Below are positions 1 to 8,826 of a stretch of 64,000 nucleotides of DNA, in pieces. How positions within the stretch are numbered: position 1 is the stretch's first letter; each line of letters starts with the position of its first letter. The stretch is taken from contig OY760142.1 in NCBI GenBank assembly GCA_963663225.1, positions 1,888,001 through 1,952,000 on the forward strand. The letters run 5' to 3'. The notes under the pieces were generated by a model that was not told the DNA's origin, did not search any database, and saw only the letters and a list, made by a program, of their open reading frames with translations. Made by a program: the position numbers and the translations under genes. The DNA is from Nitrospirota bacterium (GTDB lineage Bacteria > Nitrospirota > UBA9217).

Positions 1-109
1 CATGGCTGCTGTTTGCTCAATCTGAAGAACATACGATTATGCGCATCAGATGCTTTCTGAATGCCTTCTCGATGAGCTGCTTGCGCAGGATGTCTCTCCT
101 GTCACGTTT

Positions 110-1411
110 TTAGTATGACCGCGCATCAAAGATGCGCTTTGTCTTTTTTCCCGACCTCGGCAAACTGCCGTAAGGCGCAATCTCAACCGCGCTCGAAACC
201 ATAAGAATGTGTTTCAATTTTCTGGCAATAGCCTCGGACAAGGTCTTGTCGGTGATTTCGTGACCGTTGGCGCCGCGCTCCACTTTGATCGTCATGTAAT
301 CTTTCCCGTCGTCGCGCCGTTCAAGGTGAATCTGATATTCGCTGCCTGTTCCGTTGATGCCGGACAATATCTCATCAATCTGCCCTGGATACACATTTAC
401 ACCCCTCAGGATAAACATGTCATCCGACCTGCCGAGTATCTTGTCGTGCCGCGGCAGGCCGCATCCACAAGGGCAATCGTCGTTGAGCAGTCTGGTCAGG
501 TCGCGTGAACGGTAGCGGATAAGCGGTGATCCTTCTTTGCAGAGGGTGGTGAAGACCATTTCGCCGATTTCACCCGGCGCTACCGGGTGCAGGGTTTCCG
601 GGTTCAGTATTTCCAGAATATAAAAATCCGCCCAGTAATGAATCCCGGTGTTATACGTGCAGCTCAAACCGGTCCCCGGACCGTACAGCTCGGTGAGGCC
701 GGTGATGTCATACACTTCTTCGATGCCCAGCAGGTCCTTGATGGTCCTGATCATGCTGTCGCTTGCACGCTCCGCTCCCAGGATCACTTTTCTGAGTCGG
801 ATTTTTTCCCGCAGACCAAGACGATGAACTTCTTCCGCGAGGAGAAGCGCCATTGATGCAGTTGAGCAAACGACCGTAGTCTGCATATCGACCAGAAAAG
901 TGCACTGCATTTCCATATTGCCGGGACCGATGGGAATGGCGAGAGCGCCGAACCGTTCGCATCCGTTCTGAAAGCCGACCCCGGCGGTCCAGAGGCCGTA
1001 GCCGACGCATATCTGTATACGGTCCTCCTGCGTCACGCCGGCCATTTCATAGCACCTGCCGAACATGTACGCCCAATCGTCAATGTCCTTCTGCGTATAG
1101 CAGAGAACCTTCCGTTTTCCGGTTGTGCCGGAGGAGGAGTGTATTCTCACAATCTCACTGAAATCAGCGGCCCGGAGCGGAAATGGATAATCATTTCTCA
1201 GATCATCCGCACTGGTAAAAGGCAGTTTTCCGATATCTTCGAGCGTACGGATATCTTCGGGCCGGACATCTGCTGCTTTCATGCGGTCGCGATAGAAATC
1301 CGAGCGGGAATATGCACGGGAGACCGTCCATTGCAGCCCCTTCAGCTGGTGCTCACGAAGTCCCGCCGGTGTATCAGCTTTTGATGGAAACCTTTTTAAA
1401 GAGCCACTCAT
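110..1411 (-). CDS. paaK: Phenylacetate--CoA ligase family protein
   Basis: ANL AMP-binding motif HSSSGTTGK, YGLWTAG, RYRSRD, GRSDDMFILRGVNVYP; downstream of iorAB. Confidence 0.9.
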   Translation of the reverse strand: MSGSLKRFPSKADTPAGLREHQLKGLQWTVSRAYSRSDFYRDRMKAADVRPEDIRTLEDIGKLPFTSADDLRNDYPFPLRAADFSEIVRIHSSSGTTGKRKVLCYTQKDIDDWAYMFGRCYEMAGVTQEDRIQICVGYGLWTAGVGFQNGCERFGALAIPIGPGNMEMQCTFLVDMQTTVVCSTASMALLLAEEVHRLGLREKIRLRKVILGAERASDSMIRTIKDLLGIEEVYDITGLTELYGPGTGLSCTYNTGIHYWADFYILEILNPETLHPVAPGEIGEMVFTTLCKEGSPLIRYRSRDLTRLLNDDCPCGCGLPRHDKILGRSDDMFILRGVNVYPGQIDEILSGINGTGSEYQIHLERRDDGKDYMTIKVERGANGHEITDKTLSEAIARKLKHILMVSSAVEIAPYGSLPRSGKKTKRIFDARSY

Positions 1412-1974
1412 GGATTGCTAATTGTCCTTTCGCCGCAGCGGACGCCATGCTCAAACGCTGAAAGAGATGCAGCGAGAAGCTTATCGCGTCCGGATAGTTT
1501 CTGTTTTAAGACTGCTCTGATGTCATCAGCGTTGCAGAAGAATGTTCTGCCGTTTCGCGTGAGGCGGGAAACGGCAAACCCTGTGAGAATAAGGTTTGCT
1601 GCCCGGTTCTGTCCGATTTCACGGGCGGCCGCATCCGCGTCCATCCAGTGCGATTCGGCGGCCGCAATGGCTGATGAAGCATTGGTAATGATGATGCCTC
1701 CCGGCTTCAGATAGGGGCCGTGAATGGCCAGATTACCTTGCTTGAGCAGAATCAGGATGTCCGCCATGCCCGGCTTCACAAGAGGACTCGTAAAATCGCC
1801 TATCTTAAGGTGTGAAACAACTATGCCCCCGCGCTGCGCCATACCGTGCGTTTCCGCTGTCAATATTCTCTGCCCCCGGTAAACAGCTGTTTCGGCAAGC
1901 AACCGTGTAATAAACAGGATACCCTGACCGCCTACTCCGCTTAAAACGATCTGGTATTTTTCCGAACCCGCCAT
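1408..1974 (-). CDS. iorB: Indolepyruvate:ferredoxin oxidoreductase beta subunit
   Basis: GVGGQG and ETHGMAQRGG motifs; start moved to ATG at 1974, which overlaps the iorA stop (TAATG). Confidence 0.88.
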   Translation of the reverse strand: MAGSEKYQIVLSGVGGQGILFITRLLAETAVYRGQRILTAETHGMAQRGGIVVSHLKIGDFTSPLVKPGMADILILLKQGNLAIHGPYLKPGGIIITNASSAIAAAESHWMDADAAAREIGQNRAANLILTGFAVSRLTRNGRTFFCNADDIRAVLKQKLSGRDKLLAASLSAFEHGVRCGERTISNP

Positions 1975-3791
1975 TAATCCTCCCCGCGTTTTATTGCGCC
2001 TTTGGGACACGCATGAATACAAACCCCGCACCCTGCGCATGCTCCGTCATTGATGACGGCCCGTTTCCCGGCTGTATCGTACTCTATGGCAGGGCATTCG
2101 AACTGTTTGATGCAATAGGCGCAGCCGTCGCACGAATCAGATATGTACACGCGTATGCGTTTGCGCCTTGCATCATCGCTTTCTTTGTTCACGAGACAGG
2201 GATAACGGGCGATCACGACGGCAACGCCGTTATTCCTTGTGAAAGAATCCGCTTCCTTCAGGATTTCAACAAATGCAGGCAGGTCATAAGGATTGCCGAC
2301 GCGGCAGAATCGGATGCCGCAGCCTTTGACAATGTCTTCGATAGAAAGTTTCGGCATCTGGTCGCCACAGGCGTCCACGCCTGCGGCGGGCGTGGGCTGG
2401 TTTCCGGTCATGGCGGTCGTTGCATTATCGAGGACCACCAGCACAAAACGCGCATCCTGGGTCACTGCGTCCATGAGCGGCGGCACCCCGGAATGGAAAA
2501 AGGTCGAGTCTCCGATCGTGGCCACAACGTCTTTATGAATGCCGCTCTGTCTGAACGCCTGATAAAAACCGGACGCCTGGCTGATCGACGCGCCCATGCA
2601 GAGAACGGTGTCGATAGCGCCGAGGTTCAGCCCGAGCGTATAACATCCTATGTCGCTGGTATAAATGGCTTCAGGGAAAGTTTTTTTAATCGCAAAAAAG
2701 CTGGCGCGATGAGGGCAACCTGCGCAGAGACACGGTCTTTTTCCACCTGCGTCAGATGCGGCCGGTGCGGATTTTTGCGGCGACCCATGAAAACGGTTTA
2801 TTGCGTCCTCGATTATTTCGGGCAGTAATTCGCCCGCCTGAGGTATCCGGCCGTTGAGCCGTCCTTTTACCAGATGCCGGTCCGCGATCTGCATCTCGAT
2901 GACCGGCGCGTTCTCTTCAATGATCAGAACTTCATCGTACGTGTTCAGCAGGTTTTCGATAAATGCCGTATGGAGCGGAAAGGGTTGCACAACCTGCCAT
3001 ACGGCAATACTGTCCGTAATCCCCAGGTTCGCCACGATCTCGCTGGCATGGGCATATGCAACACCTGAGGCCACGATGGCTTTTGACGCATTGACTCCCG
3101 GATTCAAAAGACGCGGAGCTGTTGGCGCATAGGCCGCAATCCCGGACAATTTTTCGTTCAGTTTTTTATGCAGGGTATAGCGGAATTTTGGTGTTGCGGC
3201 CCATCTGGCCGGATCCCGCTTGAGGTAAGCGGTGCGACGCATGTCGTTGATGTCTTTCAGCTCGACGTCCTGTCCGCCGTGGCAGACCCTCGTGGTCGGC
3301 CTGAGCATGACCGGGACTTCATAGGTCTCTGAAAGCTCATAGGCCAGGGCGACAAAATCCCGTGCCTGCTCAGGATTGCAGGGATCCAGGACCGGTACTT
3401 TTGCGAACAAGGCCATCAAACGGCTGTCCTGCTCGGTTTGGGAAGAGTGAGGGCCCGGATCGTCCGCGCTGATGACGATAAATCCGCCTTTCACGCCCAT
3501 GTATGCCGCGCTCATAAAAGGATCGGACGCGACATTAAGCCCCACCTGCTTCATGCTGACCGCGGTGCGAAGACCAGCAATGCTGCCGGCATAAGCGGTT
3601 TCCAGCGCAGTCTTCTCGTTCAGAGTCCAGCGGACATGAATGTTCAGGGAAAGTTTGTCACGCCACGAGACAACAGCGGGAAGAATTTCCGACGCAGGCG
3701 TGCCGGGGTAGGAAAGGGCCATGGAACAGCCGTTCTCCACAAGCCCCCTGGCAATGGCTTCATTGCCTATCATAAGCAAACGAGTATTCAT
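1974..3791 (-). CDS. iorA: Indolepyruvate:ferredoxin oxidoreductase alpha subunit
   Basis: GNEAIARG, YPGTPASEI, CAGCPHR, SDIGCY, TPP motif GDSTFFH..N, C-terminal 2x[4Fe-4S] motifs; start ATG 3791 with GAGG RBS. Confidence 0.92.
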   Translation of the reverse strand: MNTRLLMIGNEAIARGLVENGCSMALSYPGTPASEILPAVVSWRDKLSLNIHVRWTLNEKTALETAYAGSIAGLRTAVSMKQVGLNVASDPFMSAAYMGVKGGFIVISADDPGPHSSQTEQDSRLMALFAKVPVLDPCNPEQARDFVALAYELSETYEVPVMLRPTTRVCHGGQDVELKDINDMRRTAYLKRDPARWAATPKFRYTLHKKLNEKLSGIAAYAPTAPRLLNPGVNASKAIVASGVAYAHASEIVANLGITDSIAVWQVVQPFPLHTAFIENLLNTYDEVLIIEENAPVIEMQIADRHLVKGRLNGRIPQAGELLPEIIEDAINRFHGSPQKSAPAASDAGGKRPCLCAGCPHRASFFAIKKTFPEAIYTSDIGCYTLGLNLGAIDTVLCMGASISQASGFYQAFRQSGIHKDVVATIGDSTFFHSGVPPLMDAVTQDARFVLVVLDNATTAMTGNQPTPAAGVDACGDQMPKLSIEDIVKGCGIRFCRVGNPYDLPAFVEILKEADSFTRNNGVAVVIARYPCLVNKESDDARRKRIRVYISDSCDGCAYCIKQFECPAIEYDTAGKRAVINDGACAGCGVCIHACPKGAIKRGED

Positions 3792-4085
3792 TACTGCCTC
3801 TTTTCCGGGCTGGATTTCCGCACAAAAATAATATATTAAGCCGAGGGGAAATGATATGTCAAGTAATAAGAAATGATTGTATAGGCGGAAAACATATCGC
3901 AAACGCTTCAGTGGCAAGAGAAAACAGAAGCTGGGAGCGAATGCAGGCCATTTAAAAAAACGCACGATCCTTGATTTTTTGTAAATTCTATACTATCGTA
4001 TTTCCAGAAGCTTTTCCGGTGCGCGGCATTTCAGCAATCACCTGCTTGCATAAATCCATAACGCTGTTTTATCAGGAGGCTGTCC

Positions 4086-4274
4086 ATGGCAAAACGACCG
4101 GTTGTAGATGAAGACCTGTGCATAGGCTGCGGCCACTGCGCGGAAGTGTGCCCCAAGGTGTTCGAGATAGTGAACGACAAGTCCACCGTAATCGGACCGG
4201 ACCAGTGCGCAACCTGCAATTGCCAGGAGGCAATTGACAGCTGCCCGGTCCAGGCGATCAGGTGGGAAGAATAA
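4086..4274 (+). CDS. Small monocluster ferredoxin
   Basis: CIGCGHC..CP and CPVQAI; AGGAGG RBS. Confidence 0.9.
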   Translation: MAKRPVVDEDLCIGCGHCAEVCPKVFEIVNDKSTVIGPDQCATCNCQEAIDSCPVQAIRWEE

Positions 4275-4296
4275 CAAGAAGTCTGACCAGAGTCGC

Positions 4297-4680
4297 ATGT
4301 TCAAGCCGTTGATCATTTTCTGTTTGATCGTCTGCGTATTGCTGATCACCACCTGTGCCATGGCGCCGCTCAGAAAAGAGCGGAGGGATATCAGCACGCT
4401 TCCCGACGGAGTCTACGCGGGAAGCGCCAGCAACTGGCCGAACAAGGCGGAAGTGCGGGTGACGATGCGGGAAGGCAGGATCATCGATATTACCGTGGTG
4501 CGTTACTGGGCGTCGTGGATTGGCAGGAAGGCCGTGCCGGTGATTCCCCAGAGAATCATCGACAAACAGTCGGCAGACGTGGACGCGGTGACCGGGGCTA
4601 CGAACAGCAGCAGAGTGATCATGCGTGCAGTGGATGATGCGCTGGAACGGGGCGGACTGAAGCTCGGGGAGACACCCTAG
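4297..4680 (+). CDS. Exported FMN-binding protein (flavinylation-type domain)
   Basis: Hydrophobic N-terminus, DGVYAG, VDAVTGATNSS flavinylation motif; start moved to ATG 4297. Confidence 0.8.
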   Translation: MFKPLIIFCLIVCVLLITTCAMAPLRKERRDISTLPDGVYAGSASNWPNKAEVRVTMREGRIIDITVVRYWASWIGRKAVPVIPQRIIDKQSADVDAVTGATNSSRVIMRAVDDALERGGLKLGETP

Positions 4681-4847
4681 CAGGAAAAAGAGCGGACTTT
4701 AACCGTAAACGGTACTGATGAAGCATGCAGGGATAGGGCCAATATACACTTGCGCCATCGGCCATAAGGATGAAATAATAATTCTTGACATTCAAGGGCA
4801 GAAGTGAGATGTTATACGCAGAAGTTCCGGATGTTCTTGTAGGGAAA

Positions 4848-4881
4848 CCGCAAAGACAGATAGACTTTGCGGCTTTTTTTT
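4848..4881 (+). terminator. Terminator-like hairpin in the 5' leader of the cold-shock gene
   Basis: CCGCAAAG/CTTTGCGG stem followed by C and T8, upstream of the csp RBS. Confidence 0.55.
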
Positions 4882-4924
4882 GTCCTTTTCCGTCGCTTCA
4901 ATTCACTAGAGGAGGTAGCTCATC

Positions 4925-5125
4925 ATGGAGACAGGTTCAGTAAAGTGGTTCAATGATTCCAAAGGGTTTGGATTCATTACCCGTGAAAAAGGCGGCGACG
5001 TGTTCGTTCATTTTGGCGACATACAGGACAGTGGTTTCAAATCATTGTCCGAAGGTCAACAAGTGCAGTTCGATGTCGTTGACTCGCCGAAAGGCCCCAA
5101 GGCAGCAAATGTTATAAAGCTTTAA
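4925..5125 (+). CDS. csp: Cold-shock protein
   Basis: [13 protein letters not shown] (RNP1), DVFVHF (RNP2); GGAGG RBS. Confidence 0.97.
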   Translation: METGSVKWFNDSKGFGFITREKGGDVFVHFGDIQDSGFKSLSEGQQVQFDVVDSPKGPKAANVIKL

Positions 5126-5143
5126 TTGATCTTTTGCAGTATT

Positions 5144-5176
5144 GCAGGCCCTGTGTATTCAGGGCCTGTTTTTTTT
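5144..5176 (+). terminator. Intrinsic terminator after csp
   Basis: CAGGCCCTG/CAGGGCCTG stem plus T8. Confidence 0.85.
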
Positions 5177-5205
5177 GCAGAGGTCCCCAGGAAGAAAGGA
5201 GTATC

Positions 5206-5586
5206 ATGCGAGCAAAAATATCGTATAAGGAGAAATTGGGCATCGAAAAAGCCGCCCTGGTCGCCGCTGGTCTTATCTCAGAGCGTCACGCAGGGATCAC
5301 GGGCATCGAATTTCATATGACGTATTATAAAAGCGGGCAGAACACGGTGCTCATGAAACGCACGCTCAACTTCACCCCCCGTGACTATGCTGATTTCAAT
5401 CTGAAATGCACGGAGTATGGATGTACAGATGGGGGATTCAATCTCGGTCCTGTGGTTGCTGATTTGGTCGAACATCGCAAGAGATCGTGCAAGGGTAAGA
5501 TTTTTTGCCGCGGCACGAATTATCCCAGAGGACATGCCAGCATAGATTACGAAGTCAGTATCCAGTACGGCAAGCAGGAGAGATAG
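5206..5586 (+). CDS. Hypothetical Cys-containing protein
   Basis: AAGGAG RBS before ATG 5206; 126 aa with CTEYGC and C-x5-C. Confidence 0.7.
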   Translation: MRAKISYKEKLGIEKAALVAAGLISERHAGITGIEFHMTYYKSGQNTVLMKRTLNFTPRDYADFNLKCTEYGCTDGGFNLGPVVADLVEHRKRSCKGKIFCRGTNYPRGHASIDYEVSIQYGKQER

Positions 5587-5654
5587 AAGTCCTACAAGAT
5601 AGATATACAAAAAAAGAGCAGACCGTAAAATTGGCCTGCTCCAGAACGTTCTTT

Positions 5655-6170
5655 CTATGCGGCCTTCTTTGATTCGGACGCGATCTGCTTCTTCTCTTCC
5701 TTTGCAGCCTCAATATGAACCTTCCGGGCCGCGGACATCGCCGGTGCAGGCACCGTGATCTCAAGGATCCCGTTCGAGAATTTGGCCTTCAGATCATCGG
5801 TTTTTATGCCCTCGGGCAGGGCAAAACGCCGTTCAAATGAGCCGTAGTTGATCTCCCGATGGATGTAGTTTTCTTCCCGGGTGTCCTTCTCAGCCTTCCG
5901 TTCTCCCCTGATGATCAGTTCCCGGTCAGTGATGCTGACGTCCAGGTCCTTCGGGTCCACACCCGGCAGCTCAGCTTTAAACACGAGCTGATTGTCCTTG
6001 GTGTAGCTTTCCACTGAAGGCATCCAGAGCATCGGATGTTCGGCAATTGCCCGTGATCCGAGCATCCGGTCAAACAACCGGTCCATCTCGTGCTGCATCG
6101 AGCGAAGCTCATCAAACGGATCCCACCGTTTCATCGTCCGGAAAGGATCCCACCGTGTCAGGCTTTTCAT
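5655..6170 (-). CDS. Hsp20/alpha-crystallin family small heat-shock protein
   Basis: AELPGVD, REINYGSFERRFALP, NGILEITVP; tandem WDPF; start at ATG 6170 after GGAGG. Confidence 0.95.
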   Translation of the reverse strand: MKSLTRWDPFRTMKRWDPFDELRSMQHEMDRLFDRMLGSRAIAEHPMLWMPSVESYTKDNQLVFKAELPGVDPKDLDVSITDRELIIRGERKAEKDTREENYIHREINYGSFERRFALPEGIKTDDLKAKFSNGILEITVPAPAMSAARKVHIEAAKEEKKQIASESKKAA

Positions 6171-6260
6171 AGAAATCCCTCCTTCCAATGTGAATTTTAG
6201 GCCTAGGCATCGGAGCCTTTACTTTACCACGCTTTCGCGGTTTTGGGCCGGTGATGCCCT

Positions 6261-6308
6261 TCAATACCCTGACGGCCATACTGCATTTTTAAACTGCAAA
6301 ATCCTCAC
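6261..6308 (-). CDS. Putative 15-aa leader peptide MRILQFKNAVWPSGY
   Basis: AGGAGGTGA Shine-Dalgarno just upstream of GTG 6308, TGA at 6263-6261; lies between the promoter and hsp20. Confidence 0.45.
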   Translation of the reverse strand: MRILQFKNAVWPSGY

Positions 6309-6340
6309 GTGTGTTCACCTCCTGTGTATTTTCTAGTTTA

Positions 6341-6369
6341 ACTATACTGCCGGATACAGGGTATGTCAA
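6341..6369 (-). promoter_or_regulatory. Sigma70-type promoter for the uORF-hsp20 transcript
   Basis: TTGACA-17 bp-TATAGT on the minus strand. Confidence 0.75.
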
Positions 6370-6545
6370 ATTGATCATCGGTTGCGCAAAAAAGTATTAT
6401 CTAAAAAAACGCACGAAAACCGACGTATTAAAACAGAAACCATTTATTACAGATAATTCCTGGTTTTTGGATGCCTTGCGGCAGCAAATACGAAATACAA
6501 GGACAAAGAATTGAAAAATTGGTGCAACTTTTTTATTCCGGCAAC

Positions 6546-6591
6546 TTGACAAACAACAAACCACCTACTAATCTTAAGAATAATTACTGAT
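6546..6591 (+). promoter_or_regulatory. Promoter of perR-bfr with a possible AT-rich operator
   Basis: TTGACA-17 bp-TAATCT followed by TAAGAATAATTACTGAT immediately before the ATG. Confidence 0.55.
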
Positions 6592-6984
6592 ATGTTCCCT
6601 ATCAGACGGTACAGCAAGCAGCGTCAGAAAATTTTTGAGCTCATCAAGATGAGCAGATCGCACCCTACGGCGCAATGGCTGTATGGCGCCCTGAAAAAAG
6701 TCGCACCGTCCATAAGCTTGGGTACTGTTTACAGAAATATCCACATCCTCGTAGAAGAAGGAAAAATAACAGGCAGGGCATATGGCGGCGGTACTGAACA
6801 CTACGACGCCATAAGAGATGTTCATTATCATTTTATCTGCAGCAGCTGCGGTGCCGTCAGTGATTTTCCGATGCCCGTCAAGGAGGTGATTACGAGAGAA
6901 GCACAGAAAATTTCCACTCACTCTATTTCAGGCCACACTATTCAATTCCACGGAATATGCGAACAATACAGAAAACAGGCTTGA
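6592..6984 (+). CDS. perR: Fur-family regulator, PerR-like
   Basis: HPTA, SLGTVYRN, YDA..HYHFICSSCG..D metal ligands; upstream of bacterioferritin. Confidence 0.75.
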   Translation: MFPIRRYSKQRQKIFELIKMSRSHPTAQWLYGALKKVAPSISLGTVYRNIHILVEEGKITGRAYGGGTEHYDAIRDVHYHFICSSCGAVSDFPMPVKEVITREAQKISTHSISGHTIQFHGICEQYRKQA

Positions 6985-7017
6985 ATATAACAGAACAAAA
7001 ATCGAAAGGAGAACGGA

Positions 7018-7491
7018 ATGAAAGGTAACGAAAAGCTAATCGAAACACTCAACTCGCTTCTTGCAGACGAGTTGACGGCAATCAATCAGTACATGGTGCA
7101 TTCTGAGATGTGCGCGAACTGGGGTTATGAAAAGCTCCATAAACATTTTGAAAAACGGGCGATTGTCGAAATGAAACACGCGGAAAGCCTGATCGGGCGC
7201 ATTCTTTTCCTTGAAGGAATACCCACGGTCACCAATTTGAAAAAAATAGCGATCGGCGATGTCGTTCCGAAGCAGCTCGCGAACGATCATGCAGCCGAGG
7301 AAGGCGCCATCAAAGCGTATAATGACGCCATCGTGCTTGCCGGAGAAGTCCGCGACCATGCGACACGGGACATGTTGCAGCAGATTCTGAACGACGAAGA
7401 CGGTCATCTCGATGAAATCGAGGAATTGCAGGACCAGATAAACCAGATGTCGTTGCAGATTTTCCTGACGACGCAGGTAAAAGAAAAGTAA
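7018..7491 (+). CDS. bfr: Bacterioferritin
   Basis: ELTAINQY..H, EMKHA (heme Met), RILFLEG, DEDGH ferroxidase ligands. Confidence 0.95.
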   Translation: MKGNEKLIETLNSLLADELTAINQYMVHSEMCANWGYEKLHKHFEKRAIVEMKHAESLIGRILFLEGIPTVTNLKKIAIGDVVPKQLANDHAAEEGAIKAYNDAIVLAGEVRDHATRDMLQQILNDEDGHLDEIEELQDQINQMSLQIFLTTQVKEK

Positions 7492-7495
7492 AGTT

Positions 7496-7529
7496 TTTTC
7501 CTCTCCCGGCAATTGCCGGGAGAGGAAAA
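7496..7529. repeat. Perfect 34-bp palindrome after the bfr stop
   Basis: TTTTCCTCTCCCGGCAA|TTGCCGGGAGAGGAAAA. Confidence 0.9.
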
Positions 7530-7553
7530 CCGGCTCTTCAGAGAACGGGAGAT

Positions 7554-7568
7554 TGGCATTTTTTGTGC
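7554..7568 (+). promoter_or_regulatory. Possible sigma54 -24/-12 promoter
   Basis: TGGCATT-TTTT-GTGC with exact GG-N10-GC spacing. Confidence 0.35.
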
Positions 7569-7667
7569 GGCATGAATCGCGTCCCTGGTGCCTGTTTCCC
7601 TGCTGCTCCGATATGAATCCCATCCGCAAGACTCCCCGTCCGTCTCCGCATTATTTCATCAAAAACA

Positions 7668-7696
7668 TTGCCTTCGCAAATGTTCTTCGCTACAAT
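7668..7696 (+). promoter_or_regulatory. Possible sigma70 promoter
   Basis: TTGCCT-17 bp-TACAAT upstream of ATG 7774. Confidence 0.45.
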
Positions 7697-7773
7697 ACCG
7701 TATTAAAAAGTCATTATTCACGATTCGCACGTCGGTGCAAAAAAAGCGAAGTCCATATCCGGAAAGGGTTTCC

Positions 7774-8661
7774 ATGAAAAAAAAACCAATGGCAGAAGGT
7801 AAACGAAAAGGACCTGCTGATCCGACCTGTCCCTCCTCTGAGGGCCAGTCCCATTGTCAGAGTCTGTATTGCTATATAAAAGAGGTTTTTCCCCGGACCG
7901 CCCAAAAACAGCTGGGAGATTGGCTGTTGACGGCAGAAAAACAATCATTTGAACCTGAGCCGCTGCTCTTTCTTGCAGTGATATCCGGCTCCTATTTCAG
8001 GATGCACGATCCCGACAAAATAGTTAAGGAGACACTGGACTATCTTTACGGCTGGCTTACCTGGGGGAATGCTCAACACCGGATGAATCCTGGCATAGCC
8101 GAACTGCTTGTGGATGCGTTGGCCCCGAACATCAGGTCGGCAATGGAAAAAACAGGACGGCTTCCGGAGTTGCCCGGCGGCAGGCAGGCCCGCGGGAAGA
8201 ATGTTCCCTCGGATGTGCGAGGAGCATGGATTGCCGCGCTGCTTATGGCAAACTGCCTGAAAGCAGAACGCAAAAAAGCGGGCAGCGCCGATAAGCGGGT
8301 GATGGAATTAGCGGCAATTCTTCTGGGGCGGAAAGCGGACCCTGCCTTCTTCAAGGAATTCAACCGTTGCCGCAGCAAAGCATCGGGAAAAATTATTGCC
8401 GGTCTGACGGACAATTTAATCAAAGAATATAGTAACGCCGTAAAATATGACGGCATAAAAGTAGGAGACCCTGCGCCGGCTGAAAAACGCAGTGTACAAT
8501 ATGCCGAGTGGAAGTCACGTCACAAGACCCTCGCGCATGCGAGTGCTGAATTTGGATGGGAAGTGTTTTGCAGCAATATTATAAACAAAGTTCCGATTCC
8601 AGTCTGGAAACCGCTTTGGACGATACCGATGGCACCGGCCAGCCGGAAAAATGCCGACTGA
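7774..8661 (+). CDS. Hypothetical protein (no recognised family)
   Basis: Long ORF filling the gap; likely start ATG 7774 or 7789; no motif recognised. Confidence 0.6.
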   Translation: MKKKPMAEGKRKGPADPTCPSSEGQSHCQSLYCYIKEVFPRTAQKQLGDWLLTAEKQSFEPEPLLFLAVISGSYFRMHDPDKIVKETLDYLYGWLTWGNAQHRMNPGIAELLVDALAPNIRSAMEKTGRLPELPGGRQARGKNVPSDVRGAWIAALLMANCLKAERKKAGSADKRVMELAAILLGRKADPAFFKEFNRCRSKASGKIIAGLTDNLIKEYSNAVKYDGIKVGDPAPAEKRSVQYAEWKSRHKTLAHASAEFGWEVFCSNIINKVPIPVWKPLWTIPMAPASRKNAD

Positions 8662-8826
8662 AAAAGACTGCCTGAAAAAAACACTGCTATGCGGCATCAA
8701 CCATATTGGTCGACAGTTCTGCCTTCTTGCCCGTAATTATCCTCACCGGCCGTCATTCTTTTGAAACCGTCTCGTTGTTCCCTGTTGATAAAATTATTGT
8801 ATGCAGCAGCCCCTTCCTGCATGGTT

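Noticed and set aside
6195-6250. Resemblance of the hsp20 leader to a c-di-GMP-I riboswitch
   Set aside because: A GAAA hairpin and CCTAAA are present, but the GGCAAA/GACGCAAA core and the second stem are not
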